Source: an uncultured Gemmatimonadales bacterium
Lineage (GTDB): Bacteria > Gemmatimonadota > Gemmatimonadetes > Palauibacterales > Palauibacteraceae
DNA: 64,000 bases
Assembly (NCBI GenBank): GCA_963783385.1
Contig: CAWANJ010000001.1
Span: forward strand, 640,001 to 704,000
Direction of reading: 5' to 3'
The notes beneath the pieces are model-generated. The model saw nothing but the letters and a program-made list of their open reading frames with translations. It ran no database searches and was not told the DNA's origin. A program made the position numbers and the translations under genes. This document shows, piece after piece, positions 20,149 through 29,075 of this stretch; the first letter of the stretch is position 1; each line of letters begins with the position of its first letter.

Positions 20149-20715
20149 ATGAGCGGCATCTACAGCCTCCGAGACGCGGACCGGTCGGTGAAGCTGGCGG
20201 CCGTCCTGTTCATGCTGGTGCTGGGCTACGCCTACATCTTCGCCTTCTTCATGGTGAAGCAGTACGCGGGGCTCACGCCGGCGGATGTGGCCACCACCTA
20301 CGTGCCCCGGAAGGTCGAGGTCTCCAGCCTGCCGCAGCGGTCGAGCAGCACCACGCAGGCGCTCGACCTGTCCACCATGAAGCAGGAGCACCACCGGGTG
20401 GACACGCAGCTCCTCATCCAGGACAGCCACATCCACATCATGATCTACGCGATGATCGCGGCCCTCCAGACGCTGGTCATCCTGGGGCTGGGCTGGTCGG
20501 CCGGCTTCCGCGACCTGGTCATCCTGCTCGCGTTCGGCTCCGGGGCGCTGGACTTCGCCGGACAGTGGCTCATGAAGGGCGGCATCGGGGGCTTCGCCTG
20601 GCTGACGATCGCCTCGGGCTGGCTCATGACCCTCGTGTACGTCGTCGTGCTGATCGGAACCTTGAGGGCGGTCTTCGGAAATAACAGGAAGCGGGACGCC
20701 GCGGCCGGCGCCTGA
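20149..20715 (+). CDS. Four-TM membrane protein with an HxH motif, unknown function
   Basis: GAGGAG RBS; TM1, soluble loop, QDSHIHIM, three further hydrophobic helices. Confidence 0.75.
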   Translation: MSGIYSLRDADRSVKLAAVLFMLVLGYAYIFAFFMVKQYAGLTPADVATTYVPRKVEVSSLPQRSSSTTQALDLSTMKQEHHRVDTQLLIQDSHIHIMIYAMIAALQTLVILGLGWSAGFRDLVILLAFGSGALDFAGQWLMKGGIGGFAWLTIASGWLMTLVYVVVLIGTLRAVFGNNRKRDAAAGA

Positions 20716-20760
20716 GGCGTCCCGCACGAGACTCCACGCAGAGCGCGAGAGGTCCAAGAC

Positions 20761-21405
20761 ATGAGAGCGACGAAGCGAACCAGGACGGGTGGACGGAGAC
20801 GGCGGATGGGGCGGCGGGCGGGCGTGGCGACGCTCGCCATCCTCCTGCCGCTGGTGGCCGGGGCGGCGGAGCACATCACCCCGACGGTGGTCCTGCGGAA
20901 GCGAGCGGACGTGATCCGCTCCACCCTTCCCGACGCGAGCCAGTTCTTCCTCAAGACGGTGCAGATCGGCCGCCAGGACCTGAGCCGCATCGAACAGACG
21001 GCCGACTTCAAGCCTGAGGATTCCAGGGTCAAGTTCTACTATGGCCAGAACGGGTCGGGAAGCCTGGTCGGCGTGGTGTTGTTCCCGCAGGTGAACACCC
21101 AGCACGGCCCGTTCGAGGTCGGCCTGACGCTCGGTCCGGACGGCACGATCCGGGACGTGGCGCCCACCAAGGCCACGGTCGAGACCAAGCCGTGGGTCGA
21201 GAAGGCGGTGCGGACGGGCTTCCTGGACGACTTCAAGGGGCTGTCGACGGGCGAGATGCCCGACCGGGCGCTCCAGGCCCTGCGCTCGGCCGACATCGGC
21301 GACATGCCGACCTTCGCCGGCGAAGAACTCGCCGAGGCCGTCCAGCACGGCCTGGCGCTCTACCAGGTGCTGTACGCGGGCTCGCAGTCCGGATCGGCGA
21401 ACTGA
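20761..21405 (+). CDS. Exported protein, FMN-binding domain-like but lacking the SGAT flavinylation motif
   Basis: Arg-rich signal peptide; HGPFEVGLTLGPDGTIRDV...ET...FLDDFKG resembles the RnfG/NqrC-type pattern (by eye). Confidence 0.55.
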   Translation: MRATKRTRTGGRRRRMGRRAGVATLAILLPLVAGAAEHITPTVVLRKRADVIRSTLPDASQFFLKTVQIGRQDLSRIEQTADFKPEDSRVKFYYGQNGSGSLVGVVLFPQVNTQHGPFEVGLTLGPDGTIRDVAPTKATVETKPWVEKAVRTGFLDDFKGLSTGEMPDRALQALRSADIGDMPTFAGEELAEAVQHGLALYQVLYAGSQSGSAN

Positions 21406-21412
21406 GGGGGCC

Positions 21413-22276
21413 GTGACGGACGCGGGCTCGCTCGGGGCCAGGAGGAAGGAGGGCCCGGCGCCTGGCCGGGGCCCCATGCCTTCTGAGAAGGACCCCGTGA
21501 CCTTCCGCGCCCGGGCCGGCGCCGCCCCGGCCCACGTCGCGGCCCTTGTGCTCGCCCTGGTCACGGCCGGGGTGGCGGGCTGGGCGCTGGGGCGGAGCGC
21601 CGGGCCCGGAGCCGCGGCGACAGGAGTCGGCCCGGGAAGCGCAACCGCGAACGCCGGGTCGGCCGCCGGCCTCGAGGACCTCGGCGCGGCGCCCCACTAC
21701 ACACTCACCGACCAGAACGGCCGGCGCGTGGACTCGGACTCCCTCCTCGGGAAAGTGCGGGTCGTCACGTTCCTGTTCCCCTACTGCCGCACCTACTGCC
21801 CGCTGGTGGCCGCGCACCTGCGCGGGCTCGAGAACGAGCTGCGGAGCGCGGGCCTGGCGGACAGGGTCCAGCTCGTGGCCTTCAACGTGGATCCCGCGAA
21901 CGCCGACGAGGCCCGCATGCGGGCCTTCCTGCGGCAGTACGGCTGGGATCCCTCGGATCGGGCGATGGCGTTCCTGACCGGCCGTCCGGCCGAGATCCGC
22001 CGGGTGGTCACCGACGGGTACCACGTGGACTACCGGCGGGTGGCGGAGGCGAACGAGGCCGCCGGAGGCACGACTGGTGCGCTCGCGCCACAGCCGGAGG
22101 TGGCGAACCCGCTTGCCGACAGCGCCGCGGTGACGTACGACGTGGTGCACAACGACGCGCTGGAGCTGGTGGATCCACGGGGCAGGATTCGCCGCTACTA
22201 CGGCGAGGCGGACCGCATCCCCGACGAGCGGCTCGTCTCGGACATCCGGGCCCTGCTCGGCGACGGAGGGCGCTGA
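21413..22276 (+). CDS. SCO family copper chaperone
   Basis: TM anchor, LTDQNG, CRTYCP (CxxxC), VDPAND, FLTG, VVHND...LVDPRGRIR; start uncertain. Confidence 0.9.
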   Translation: MTDAGSLGARRKEGPAPGRGPMPSEKDPVTFRARAGAAPAHVAALVLALVTAGVAGWALGRSAGPGAAATGVGPGSATANAGSAAGLEDLGAAPHYTLTDQNGRRVDSDSLLGKVRVVTFLFPYCRTYCPLVAAHLRGLENELRSAGLADRVQLVAFNVDPANADEARMRAFLRQYGWDPSDRAMAFLTGRPAEIRRVVTDGYHVDYRRVAEANEAAGGTTGALAPQPEVANPLADSAAVTYDVVHNDALELVDPRGRIRRYYGEADRIPDERLVSDIRALLGDGGR

Positions 22277-22406
22277 CGGGTCTCGCACCGCCCTTGCATG
22301 GCATTGTGCCCGGACGAGCGTCCGCGCTCCCGGAGCGCGGAGCGCTACGACCGGCCGCCCCCGAGGGGCCGGACCCAACCCAGCATTCGGAGCGAGGATA
22401 GAAGCC

Positions 22407-23327
22407 ATGGCCGCCACGGACGCACCCGCGACGACCCGACGCCCCACCCTCGAGGATCTGAATCTGTCGACGGGCAAGAAGGCCCGCCTGTACGACATGC
22501 TCTACCGCCACGGCGTCGGCAACGGGACCCTGCTCTGCCTGCCCATCGACCACGGCCTCGAGCACGGCCCGCGCGACTTCCTGACCAACCCGGAGGCGGC
22601 CGACCCCGCCTTCCAGTTCGAGCTCGCCATCGAGGGCGGCTACAACGCCATCGCCTGCCAGATCGGGTTCGCGGAGAAGTACTATCCGCGCTTCGCGGGG
22701 CGGGTGCCGCTCATCCTGAAGATCAACGGGAAGACGAACATCCCCTCCGACGCGGATGCCCACTCCCCCCTGACCGCCTCGGTCGAGGACGCGGTGCGGC
22801 TCGGGGCGCACGCCATCGGCTACACGATGTACGTGGGCTCGCCGCAGCAGTCCCGTCACTTCGAGGACTTCCGGAGGGTCCGCCAGGACGCCGAGCGCTA
22901 CGGGATCCCGATCGTCATGTGGGCCTACCCGCGCGGCTCGTCCGTGGAGGCGAAGGGCGGGCGCGACTGCCTGTACGCCGTGGATTACGCAGCGCGCGTA
23001 GCGATGGAGCTCGGGGCGGACATCGTCAAGCTCAACGTGCCCGAGAAGAGCGAGAAGGACGCCGACATGCCGGCGAAGTACCAGGAGCTGGAGTGGGACT
23101 ACGCCGAGGGCGCGGCGCGGGTCACGCGCTCGGCGCAGAATACCCTCGTCCTGTTCTCGGGAGGGAGCAAGGTGAGCGACGAGGACCTGCTCGAGAAGGG
23201 ACGCCTGGTCATGGAGGGCGGCGCCACCGGCCTCATCTTCGGCCGCAACATGTGGCAGCGGCCCATGGACCAGGCCCTGACCGTGACCCGGAAAGTGAAG
23301 GACATGTTCGAGGACTATGGTGTCTGA
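22407..23327 (+). CDS. Class I fructose-bisphosphate aldolase (DhnA/FbaB type)
   Basis: LPIDHGLEHGP, LKINGKT, WAYPRG, ELGADIVKL, SGGSK, IFGRN. Confidence 0.88.
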   Translation: MAATDAPATTRRPTLEDLNLSTGKKARLYDMLYRHGVGNGTLLCLPIDHGLEHGPRDFLTNPEAADPAFQFELAIEGGYNAIACQIGFAEKYYPRFAGRVPLILKINGKTNIPSDADAHSPLTASVEDAVRLGAHAIGYTMYVGSPQQSRHFEDFRRVRQDAERYGIPIVMWAYPRGSSVEAKGGRDCLYAVDYAARVAMELGADIVKLNVPEKSEKDADMPAKYQELEWDYAEGAARVTRSAQNTLVLFSGGSKVSDEDLLEKGRLVMEGGATGLIFGRNMWQRPMDQALTVTRKVKDMFEDYGV

Positions 23328-24037
23328 GGACTCCGCGGGCGGCGCGCGCCGCCGCCCCATGCCGCAGGGGGTGGTGGTCGCGCCGTCGATCCTCGCGGCC
23401 GACTACACCCGGCTGGGCGAGCAGGTGGCCGAGGCCGAGGAGGCCGGCGCCGAGTGGTTCCAGGTGGACGTCATGGACGGCCACTTCGTTCCCAACATCA
23501 GCATCGGCCTCCCGGTCCTGGAGTCGCTGCGGCCGGTGACCGACGCCTTTTTGGACGTCCACCTCATGATCGACAACCCCGAGGGCTTCCTGGAGCCCTT
23601 CGCGCGGGCGGGCGCCGACCTCATCACGGTCCACCAGGAGGTATGCCCCCACCTGCACCGCGAGGTGCACGAGATCCGGCGGCTGGGCTGCAAAGCGGGG
23701 GTGGCCATCGACCCCTCCACGCCGGCCGAGATGCTGTCGGAGATCCTCCCCTTCGTGGACCTGGTGCTGGTCATGACCGTGAATCCCGGGTTCGGCGGCC
23801 AGTCCTTCATTCACGCGGCTCTCCGCAAGGTGAAGCGCGTGCGTGGAGATGGCGGCCCGCTACTCGCTCAGGGGCCTGCGGGTGCAGGTGGACGGCGGCA
23901 TCGACCCCGAGACGGCGGCCCTGTCGGTGGACGCGGGCGCCGACGTGCTGGTGGCCGGCTCGTCGGTGTTCCGGGGGCCGGGCACGATCGTCGAGAACTA
24001 CCGGGCCCTGCGGCGCGCCGTGGCGGTCGAGGTTTGA
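23317..24037 (+). CDS. rpe: Ribulose-phosphate 3-epimerase (apparent frameshift near 23845)
   Basis: [25 protein letters not shown] and [10 protein letters not shown] in one frame; VDGGI and VLVAGS in the next frame. Confidence 0.88.
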
Positions 24038-25314
24038 AACCGCCTCCCGGGGACGCCGGCGGCCCGGGCGCCCCGGCCGACTCGCCGGACCGCTGGCATC
24101 CCGAGGGACCGGCCCGCCGGGCCGGCGCGCTGAGCCTGGACCGGGACGAGGCCCGCCGCTACGTCCGCCACCTCTCGATCCCGGACGTCGGCGAGGAGGG
24201 CCAGCGCCGGCTCAAGGCCGCGCGCGTGCTGCTGGTAGGGGCGGGGGGGCTCGGCTCCCCGGCCGCCCTCTACCTGGCGGCCGCCGGGATCGGCACCCTC
24301 GGCATGGTCGACTTCGATGAGGTCGACGTCACCAACCTCCACCGGCAGGTGCTGCACGGCACCGCCGCGGTCGGCCGGCCCAAGCTGGACTCGGCCCGCG
24401 CGCGCCTGGCCGACCTCAACCCGGAGGTGCGGGTCGAGACGTTCGAGGCCCGGCTCGACAGCGGGAACGCGCTGGATCTCCTGGAGGGGTGGGACGTGGT
24501 CGTGGACGGCAGCGACAACTTCCCGACCCGCTACCTGGTGAACGACGCCTGCGTCCTCCTGGGCATCCCGGACGTGTGGGGTGCCATCTTCCGCTTCGAG
24601 GGCCAGGCCTCGGTGTTCGGCGTGCCGGGCGGACCCTGCTACCGGTGCGTGTTCCCCGAGCCGCCGCCGCCGGGCTCGGTGCCGAGCTGCGCCGAGGCGG
24701 GCGTGCTGGGCGTGCTCCCCGGGATCGTGGGGACCATCCAGGCGACCGAGGCCATCAAGCTGGTGCTGGGGCTGGGGCGCACCCTGGCGGGACGCCTGCT
24801 GCTGGTCGACGCCCTCGACATGCGTTTCCGAGAGCTCTCGGTCCCGGCCGACCCGCGCTGCCCCGTCTGCGGAGAGCACCCCACGGTGACCGAGCTCATC
24901 GACTACGAGGCGTTCTGCGGCGGTCCGCCGGGGGCGGGCGACGAAGGCGATGAGGCGGCCGAGGCGGGGGAGCCGACGGCGCGACAGGTGGCGCCGGTCA
25001 TCTCCGTGCGGGAGCTGAACGAGCGGCTCGCCGGCCCCGAGCCCCCCGCCCTCCTGGACGTGCGCGAGCCGTTCGAGTGGCAGATCTGCAACCTGGAGGA
25101 CCGGGGCGCGCGCCTCGTCCCCCTGGCCCGGCTGCCCGACAGCCTGGACGCCCTGGACCCGGAGCGGGAGCTGGTGGTGTACTGCCACACGGGCCAGCGG
25201 AGCGGCCTGGCCGTGCGCTTCCTGCGCCAGGCGGGCTTCGAGCGGGCCCGCAACCTGACGGGCGGCATCCAGGCGTGGGCCGAGGAGATCGACCCGGGCA
25301 TGCCGACGTATTGA
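24034..25314 (+). CDS. moeB: MoeB/MoeZ adenylyltransferase with C-terminal rhodanese domain
   Basis: [51 protein letters not shown]; TTG start overlapping the rpe stop inferred. Confidence 0.9.
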   Translation: MKPPPGDAGGPGAPADSPDRWHPEGPARRAGALSLDRDEARRYVRHLSIPDVGEEGQRRLKAARVLLVGAGGLGSPAALYLAAAGIGTLGMVDFDEVDVTNLHRQVLHGTAAVGRPKLDSARARLADLNPEVRVETFEARLDSGNALDLLEGWDVVVDGSDNFPTRYLVNDACVLLGIPDVWGAIFRFEGQASVFGVPGGPCYRCVFPEPPPPGSVPSCAEAGVLGVLPGIVGTIQATEAIKLVLGLGRTLAGRLLLVDALDMRFRELSVPADPRCPVCGEHPTVTELIDYEAFCGGPPGAGDEGDEAAEAGEPTARQVAPVISVRELNERLAGPEPPALLDVREPFEWQICNLEDRGARLVPLARLPDSLDALDPERELVVYCHTGQRSGLAVRFLRQAGFERARNLTGGIQAWAEEIDPGMPTY

Positions 25315-25330
25315 GGATGATGGGGCGAGC

Positions 25331-26260
25331 GTGAGGATCGTGTCGCTGCTGGCCAGCGCCACCGAGATCGTATGCGAGCTGGGGCTGGAGGACGCCCTGG
25401 TCGGCATCTCGCACGAGTGCGACTGGCCGCCCCGGGTCCTGGACCGGCCGAGGGTGAGCCGCACCCGCTTCGACCCCTCCGGCCTCTCCTCGACCGCCAT
25501 CGACGCCGCCGTGCGCCGCGCCATGGCCGAGCACGGCAGCGTGTACGAGGTGGACGGCGAGCGACTGGCCGAGCTGGAGCCCGACCTGATCCTCACGCAG
25601 GCGGTGTGCGAGGTGTGCGCCGTGCCGACGCCGGGGGTGCGGGAGGTGGTTCGCGAGCGCGGGCTGGGAGCCGAGGTGCTCTCGCTGGACGCCCACACGC
25701 TGGCGGAGATCCTGGACTCGATCCTCCGGGTGGGCGAGGCCGCGGGCGTGCCCGACCGGGCCGGCCAGCTGCGCGCGGAGCTCGCCGAGCGGCTGGACGA
25801 CATCCGCGCCGCGGTGGCGGGCGCGCCTCCCGTCCGCACCCTGGCGATCGAGTGGCTGGCGCCGCCCTTCGAGCCCGGGCACTGGGTGCCCGAGATGGTC
25901 CGGGTGGCCGGCGGCCTCAACCTGGCCGGGGAGACGGGCGAGCCCTCGCGACAGGTGGAGTGGGAAGGGCTGGAGGGGCTCGACCCGGACGCCCTGGTCG
26001 TCATGCCGTGCGGGTACGGGCTGGAGGCCTCGCGCCGCGAGGCGGACGAGCACGCGGAGCGGCTCCTGGCCGTGGCCCCGCGGGCCATCTCGGAGGGCCG
26101 CGCCTTCGTGGTGGACGGCTCCTCGTACTTCAACCGCTCGGGGCCGCGGGCCGTGACCGGCGTCGAGATCCTGGCCGGCCTCCTGCATCCCGAGCGCGTC
26201 GACACACCGCCGCAAGGCACGGCGGCGCCGTGGGAGCCGGCGAACGCCGCTACAGGTTGA
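25331..26260 (+). CDS. Stand-alone BtuF-like (cobalamin-binding family) protein without signal peptide
   Basis: RIVSLLASATEI, SHECDWP, PDLILTQAVCEVC, GHWVPEM, MPCG, YFNRSGPR. Confidence 0.8.
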   Translation: MRIVSLLASATEIVCELGLEDALVGISHECDWPPRVLDRPRVSRTRFDPSGLSSTAIDAAVRRAMAEHGSVYEVDGERLAELEPDLILTQAVCEVCAVPTPGVREVVRERGLGAEVLSLDAHTLAEILDSILRVGEAAGVPDRAGQLRAELAERLDDIRAAVAGAPPVRTLAIEWLAPPFEPGHWVPEMVRVAGGLNLAGETGEPSRQVEWEGLEGLDPDALVVMPCGYGLEASRREADEHAERLLAVAPRAISEGRAFVVDGSSYFNRSGPRAVTGVEILAGLLHPERVDTPPQGTAAPWEPANAATG

Positions 26261-27230
26261 GCGCCGGCCCCAGGTCCCCGCGCAGGAGCGCCTCCCGCAC
26301 CGACGTGGCGACCTCGACCGCCACCGCCCGCTTGGCCTCGTCGGTGGCGCCGCCCAGGTGGGGCGTCATCACCAGGTTGGGGGCGTCCCGCAGCGGACTG
26401 TCCGCCGGGAGCGGCTCCTCGGCGTAGACGTCGAGGCCCGCCCCGGCCAGATGTCCCTCGATCAGCGCCCGGGCCACCGCCGCCTCGTCCACGACCTCGC
26501 CCCGGGAGGCGTTGACCAGGAAGGCGCCCGATTTCATGCGAGCCAGCTCGGCCGCGCCGATCATCCCGTCGGTCTCCTCGGTGAGGGGCACGTGCAGGCT
26601 GACCACGTCGGCCCGTCGGAGCAGCTCCCCCAGCTCCAGGAACTCGGCGCCGATCTCCTCCATGCGCTCCGGCGTGAGATAGGGATCGCAGGCCAGGAGG
26701 CCCATGCCGAAGGCGCGCCCCACGGCGAGGACGGCCGAGCCAATGCGGCCCGCCCCCACCACGCCCAGGGCGCGGCCGTGGAGCTGGGAGCCCCGTAGCG
26801 CCTTCCGCTCCCACTCCCCGGCCCTCACGCCCCGGTCCGCCCGCGCGATATGGCGGGCGGCCGCCAGGAGGAGGCCGAAGGTGAGCTCGGCGGTGGAGCG
26901 GGTGTTACCGCTCGGGGCGTTGACGACGGCCACGCCGCGCCGCGCCGCCGCCCCGAGATCAATGTTGTCCACTCCCACGCCGGCGCGGCCCACCACCCGG
27001 AGCGCCGGCGCCGCGCGCAGCAGCGCCTCGTCCACCGTCGTGCCGCCGCGCACCACGAGGCCGGCGGCGTCTTCGAGCGCCTCAATGAGCGCTTCGCGGC
27101 CGCCCGGCGAGACGTCGACCACCTCGAGCCCCGGCTCGGCGTCGAGGACCGCCACCCCCTCGGGCTCGAGGGCCTCGGCGAGTACGACCCGGAGACGGTC
27201 GCCCGGCGAGTCGGCGACGGGGATGCTCAG
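26250..27230 (-). CDS. serA: D-3-phosphoglycerate dehydrogenase-like (short form, no ACT domain)
   Basis: GRAGVGVDNID, NAPSGNT, GAGRIG, NASRG, DVYAEEP, TPHLGGAT; start codon uncertain (CTG at 27230?). Confidence 0.8.
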   Translation of the reverse strand: MSIPVADSPGDRLRVVLAEALEPEGVAVLDAEPGLEVVDVSPGGREALIEALEDAAGLVVRGGTTVDEALLRAAPALRVVGRAGVGVDNIDLGAAARRGVAVVNAPSGNTRSTAELTFGLLLAAARHIARADRGVRAGEWERKALRGSQLHGRALGVVGAGRIGSAVLAVGRAFGMGLLACDPYLTPERMEEIGAEFLELGELLRRADVVSLHVPLTEETDGMIGAAELARMKSGAFLVNASRGEVVDEAAVARALIEGHLAGAGLDVYAEEPLPADSPLRDAPNLVMTPHLGGATDEAKRAVAVEVATSVREALLRGDLGPALNL

Positions 27231-28360
27231 CGGGACAGCTCCTCCTGGAGGGCCCGGTCGAGGGTGCCCAGAAGCTCCTCCAGCTCCGCCGGCGTGTGGT
27301 CCCCCATGTGGCCGATCCGGATCGTGCTCGGCGCCAGCTTCCCGTAGCCCCCGCCGATCACCCACCCGTGCCGGAGCAGCGCCGCGACCACGTCGGTCCC
27401 GACGAGCCGCTCGGGCAGCCGGACCGCGGTCACGGTCGGCGAACGGTAGCCCTCGGGTGCCAGTACCTCGAAGTCCAGGCCGGTCCGCGTGGCCAGCGCC
27501 CCCGTCCAGGCGCGGGCGCGCCGCGCCATGGCCGCGTGTCGCTCGAACCGGGCCTCGAGCCCCTCGGCATCGATCCGTTCGAGCTGGCGGGCCAGAGCGT
27601 AGAACAGGGTCACAGCCGGCGTGTTGGGCGTCTGGTGCTGCCGCGCGCGGCGCTCGAAGTCGAGGAGGTCGAAGTAGTAGCTGCGCGGGCTCACCTCGGC
27701 CGCGCGCTCCAGGGCGCGCTCGGAGGCCACCCCGAAGGCGAGGCCGGGGGGGAGGGCGAGCGCCTTCTGGGAGCCGGTGAGCATGAAGTCCAGCCCCCAC
27801 TCGTCGAAGCGGACCTCGGCTCCGGCCACCGAGGAGACGCCGTCCACCGCGAGGAGGAGGCCGTCGTGCGCCCGCACGACCTCGGCGAGCGCGGCCACCG
27901 GGTTGAGGACGCCGGTCGAGGTCTCCGAGTGCACCACCGTGACCAGGTCGTAGCGCCCCGGCGCCTCCCCCAGCCTCTCGGCGAGCTGGTCGGGGAGGTT
28001 GGGGGAGCCCCACTCCACCTCCAGCCTGTCGGCCGGGCGGTCGGTGAGCCCGGCAATGTCGTGGAAGCGGCCGCTGAACGCCCCGCACACCAGGCACAGG
28101 ATCCGGCGGCGGCTGAGGTTGGTCACGGCCGCCTCCATGAGCCCGGTGGCCGAGGAGGTCGACACGTACACCGGGCGCCCGGTCCCGAACAGGCGGGCCA
28201 GTCCCGGCTGCAGGCCCGCCACGAGCTCCTTCATGGCGGGGCCGCGGTGCGCGATCACCGGCCGGGCCTGCGCCTCCAGCACCTCGGGCCGCACCTCGGT
28301 GGGCCCCGGCAGGAAGAAGCGGCCGAAGTCGCCCTTCCCTCTCTTCGAGGCGGGGTTCAT
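27227..28360 (-). CDS. Class V aminotransferase (alanine-glyoxylate/phosphoserine type)
   Basis: FLPGPT, HSETSTG, VDGVSS, GSQKALALPPG, TPNTP, IRIGHMG. Confidence 0.9.
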   Translation of the reverse strand: MNPASKRGKGDFGRFFLPGPTEVRPEVLEAQARPVIAHRGPAMKELVAGLQPGLARLFGTGRPVYVSTSSATGLMEAAVTNLSRRRILCLVCGAFSGRFHDIAGLTDRPADRLEVEWGSPNLPDQLAERLGEAPGRYDLVTVVHSETSTGVLNPVAALAEVVRAHDGLLLAVDGVSSVAGAEVRFDEWGLDFMLTGSQKALALPPGLAFGVASERALERAAEVSPRSYYFDLLDFERRARQHQTPNTPAVTLFYALARQLERIDAEGLEARFERHAAMARRARAWTGALATRTGLDFEVLAPEGYRSPTVTAVRLPERLVGTDVVAALLRHGWVIGGGYGKLAPSTIRIGHMGDHTPAELEELLGTLDRALQEELSR

Positions 28361-29025
28361 CCGGACCTGCCGTGCCGCTCTCCGCGGCGGCGCGCGACGG
28401 TGAGACCGTCGCGCACCGGGACGATGACGGCGTCGAAACGCTCGTCCCGGGCCAGGCGCTCGTTGAAAGTGCGGATGGCGATGGTGGAGGCGTCCTCGTC
28501 GGACGGGTCGGCCACCCGTCCCTTCCACAGCGTGTTGTCCGCCACCAGGAGTCCACCGGGACCCAGGAGAGTGGCGGCCTCCTCCAGGTAGAAGGGGTAG
28601 CTCTCCTTGTCGGCGTCGATGAACACCAGGTCGAACGACGCACGTCCGGCCAGGTCCTCCAGCGTCTCGCGGGCGTCCCCGAGTCGCACCTCCGCCCGCC
28701 CCTCTTCGCCGGCCCGGGCCAGGGCCTCGTGCGCCAGCTCGGCGTGGGCCGGCTCCCGCTCGAGCGTCACCAGGCGCGCGTCGGAGGGGAGGAGCGACAG
28801 CAGCCACAGCCCCGAGTAGCCGCCCAGGGTGCCGATCTCGAGCAGCCGCCGCGCCCCGGCGGTCGCGGCGAGGAGGGCGAGGAGACGCCCCTCGAGGGCG
28901 GAGACGTGGATGAGCGGCAGATCACGGCGCTCGAGCTCCTCCCGGATCCACCGCATCGTGTCGGTCTCGGGCGCGTACAGGGTCTCGACGTATTCCGCGC
29001 AGCGCTCGAGCGTCGCCTCATCCAT
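28357..29025 (-). CDS. SAM-dependent O-methyltransferase (CCoAOMT-like)
   Basis: LEIGTLGGYSGLWL, FDLVFIDADK, ADNTLWKG, RDGL. Confidence 0.9.
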   Translation of the reverse strand: MDEATLERCAEYVETLYAPETDTMRWIREELERRDLPLIHVSALEGRLLALLAATAGARRLLEIGTLGGYSGLWLLSLLPSDARLVTLEREPAHAELAHEALARAGEEGRAEVRLGDARETLEDLAGRASFDLVFIDADKESYPFYLEEAATLLGPGGLLVADNTLWKGRVADPSDEDASTIAIRTFNERLARDERFDAVIVPVRDGLTVARRRGERHGRSG

Positions 29026-29075
29026 GCGTGCCGTGTCCTTCCCGTTCGAGTGGATTCCGGTCGCGCGCGCTGGTG

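Noticed and set aside
22283-22298. Sigma-54-like TCGCACCGCCCTTGCA upstream of the aldolase
   Set aside because: Lacks the invariant GG at -24.
23317-25314. Apparent Rpe-MoeB fusion in the ORF track
   Set aside because: Caused by a frameshift near 23845; the Rpe C-terminus is present in another frame and ends at 24037.
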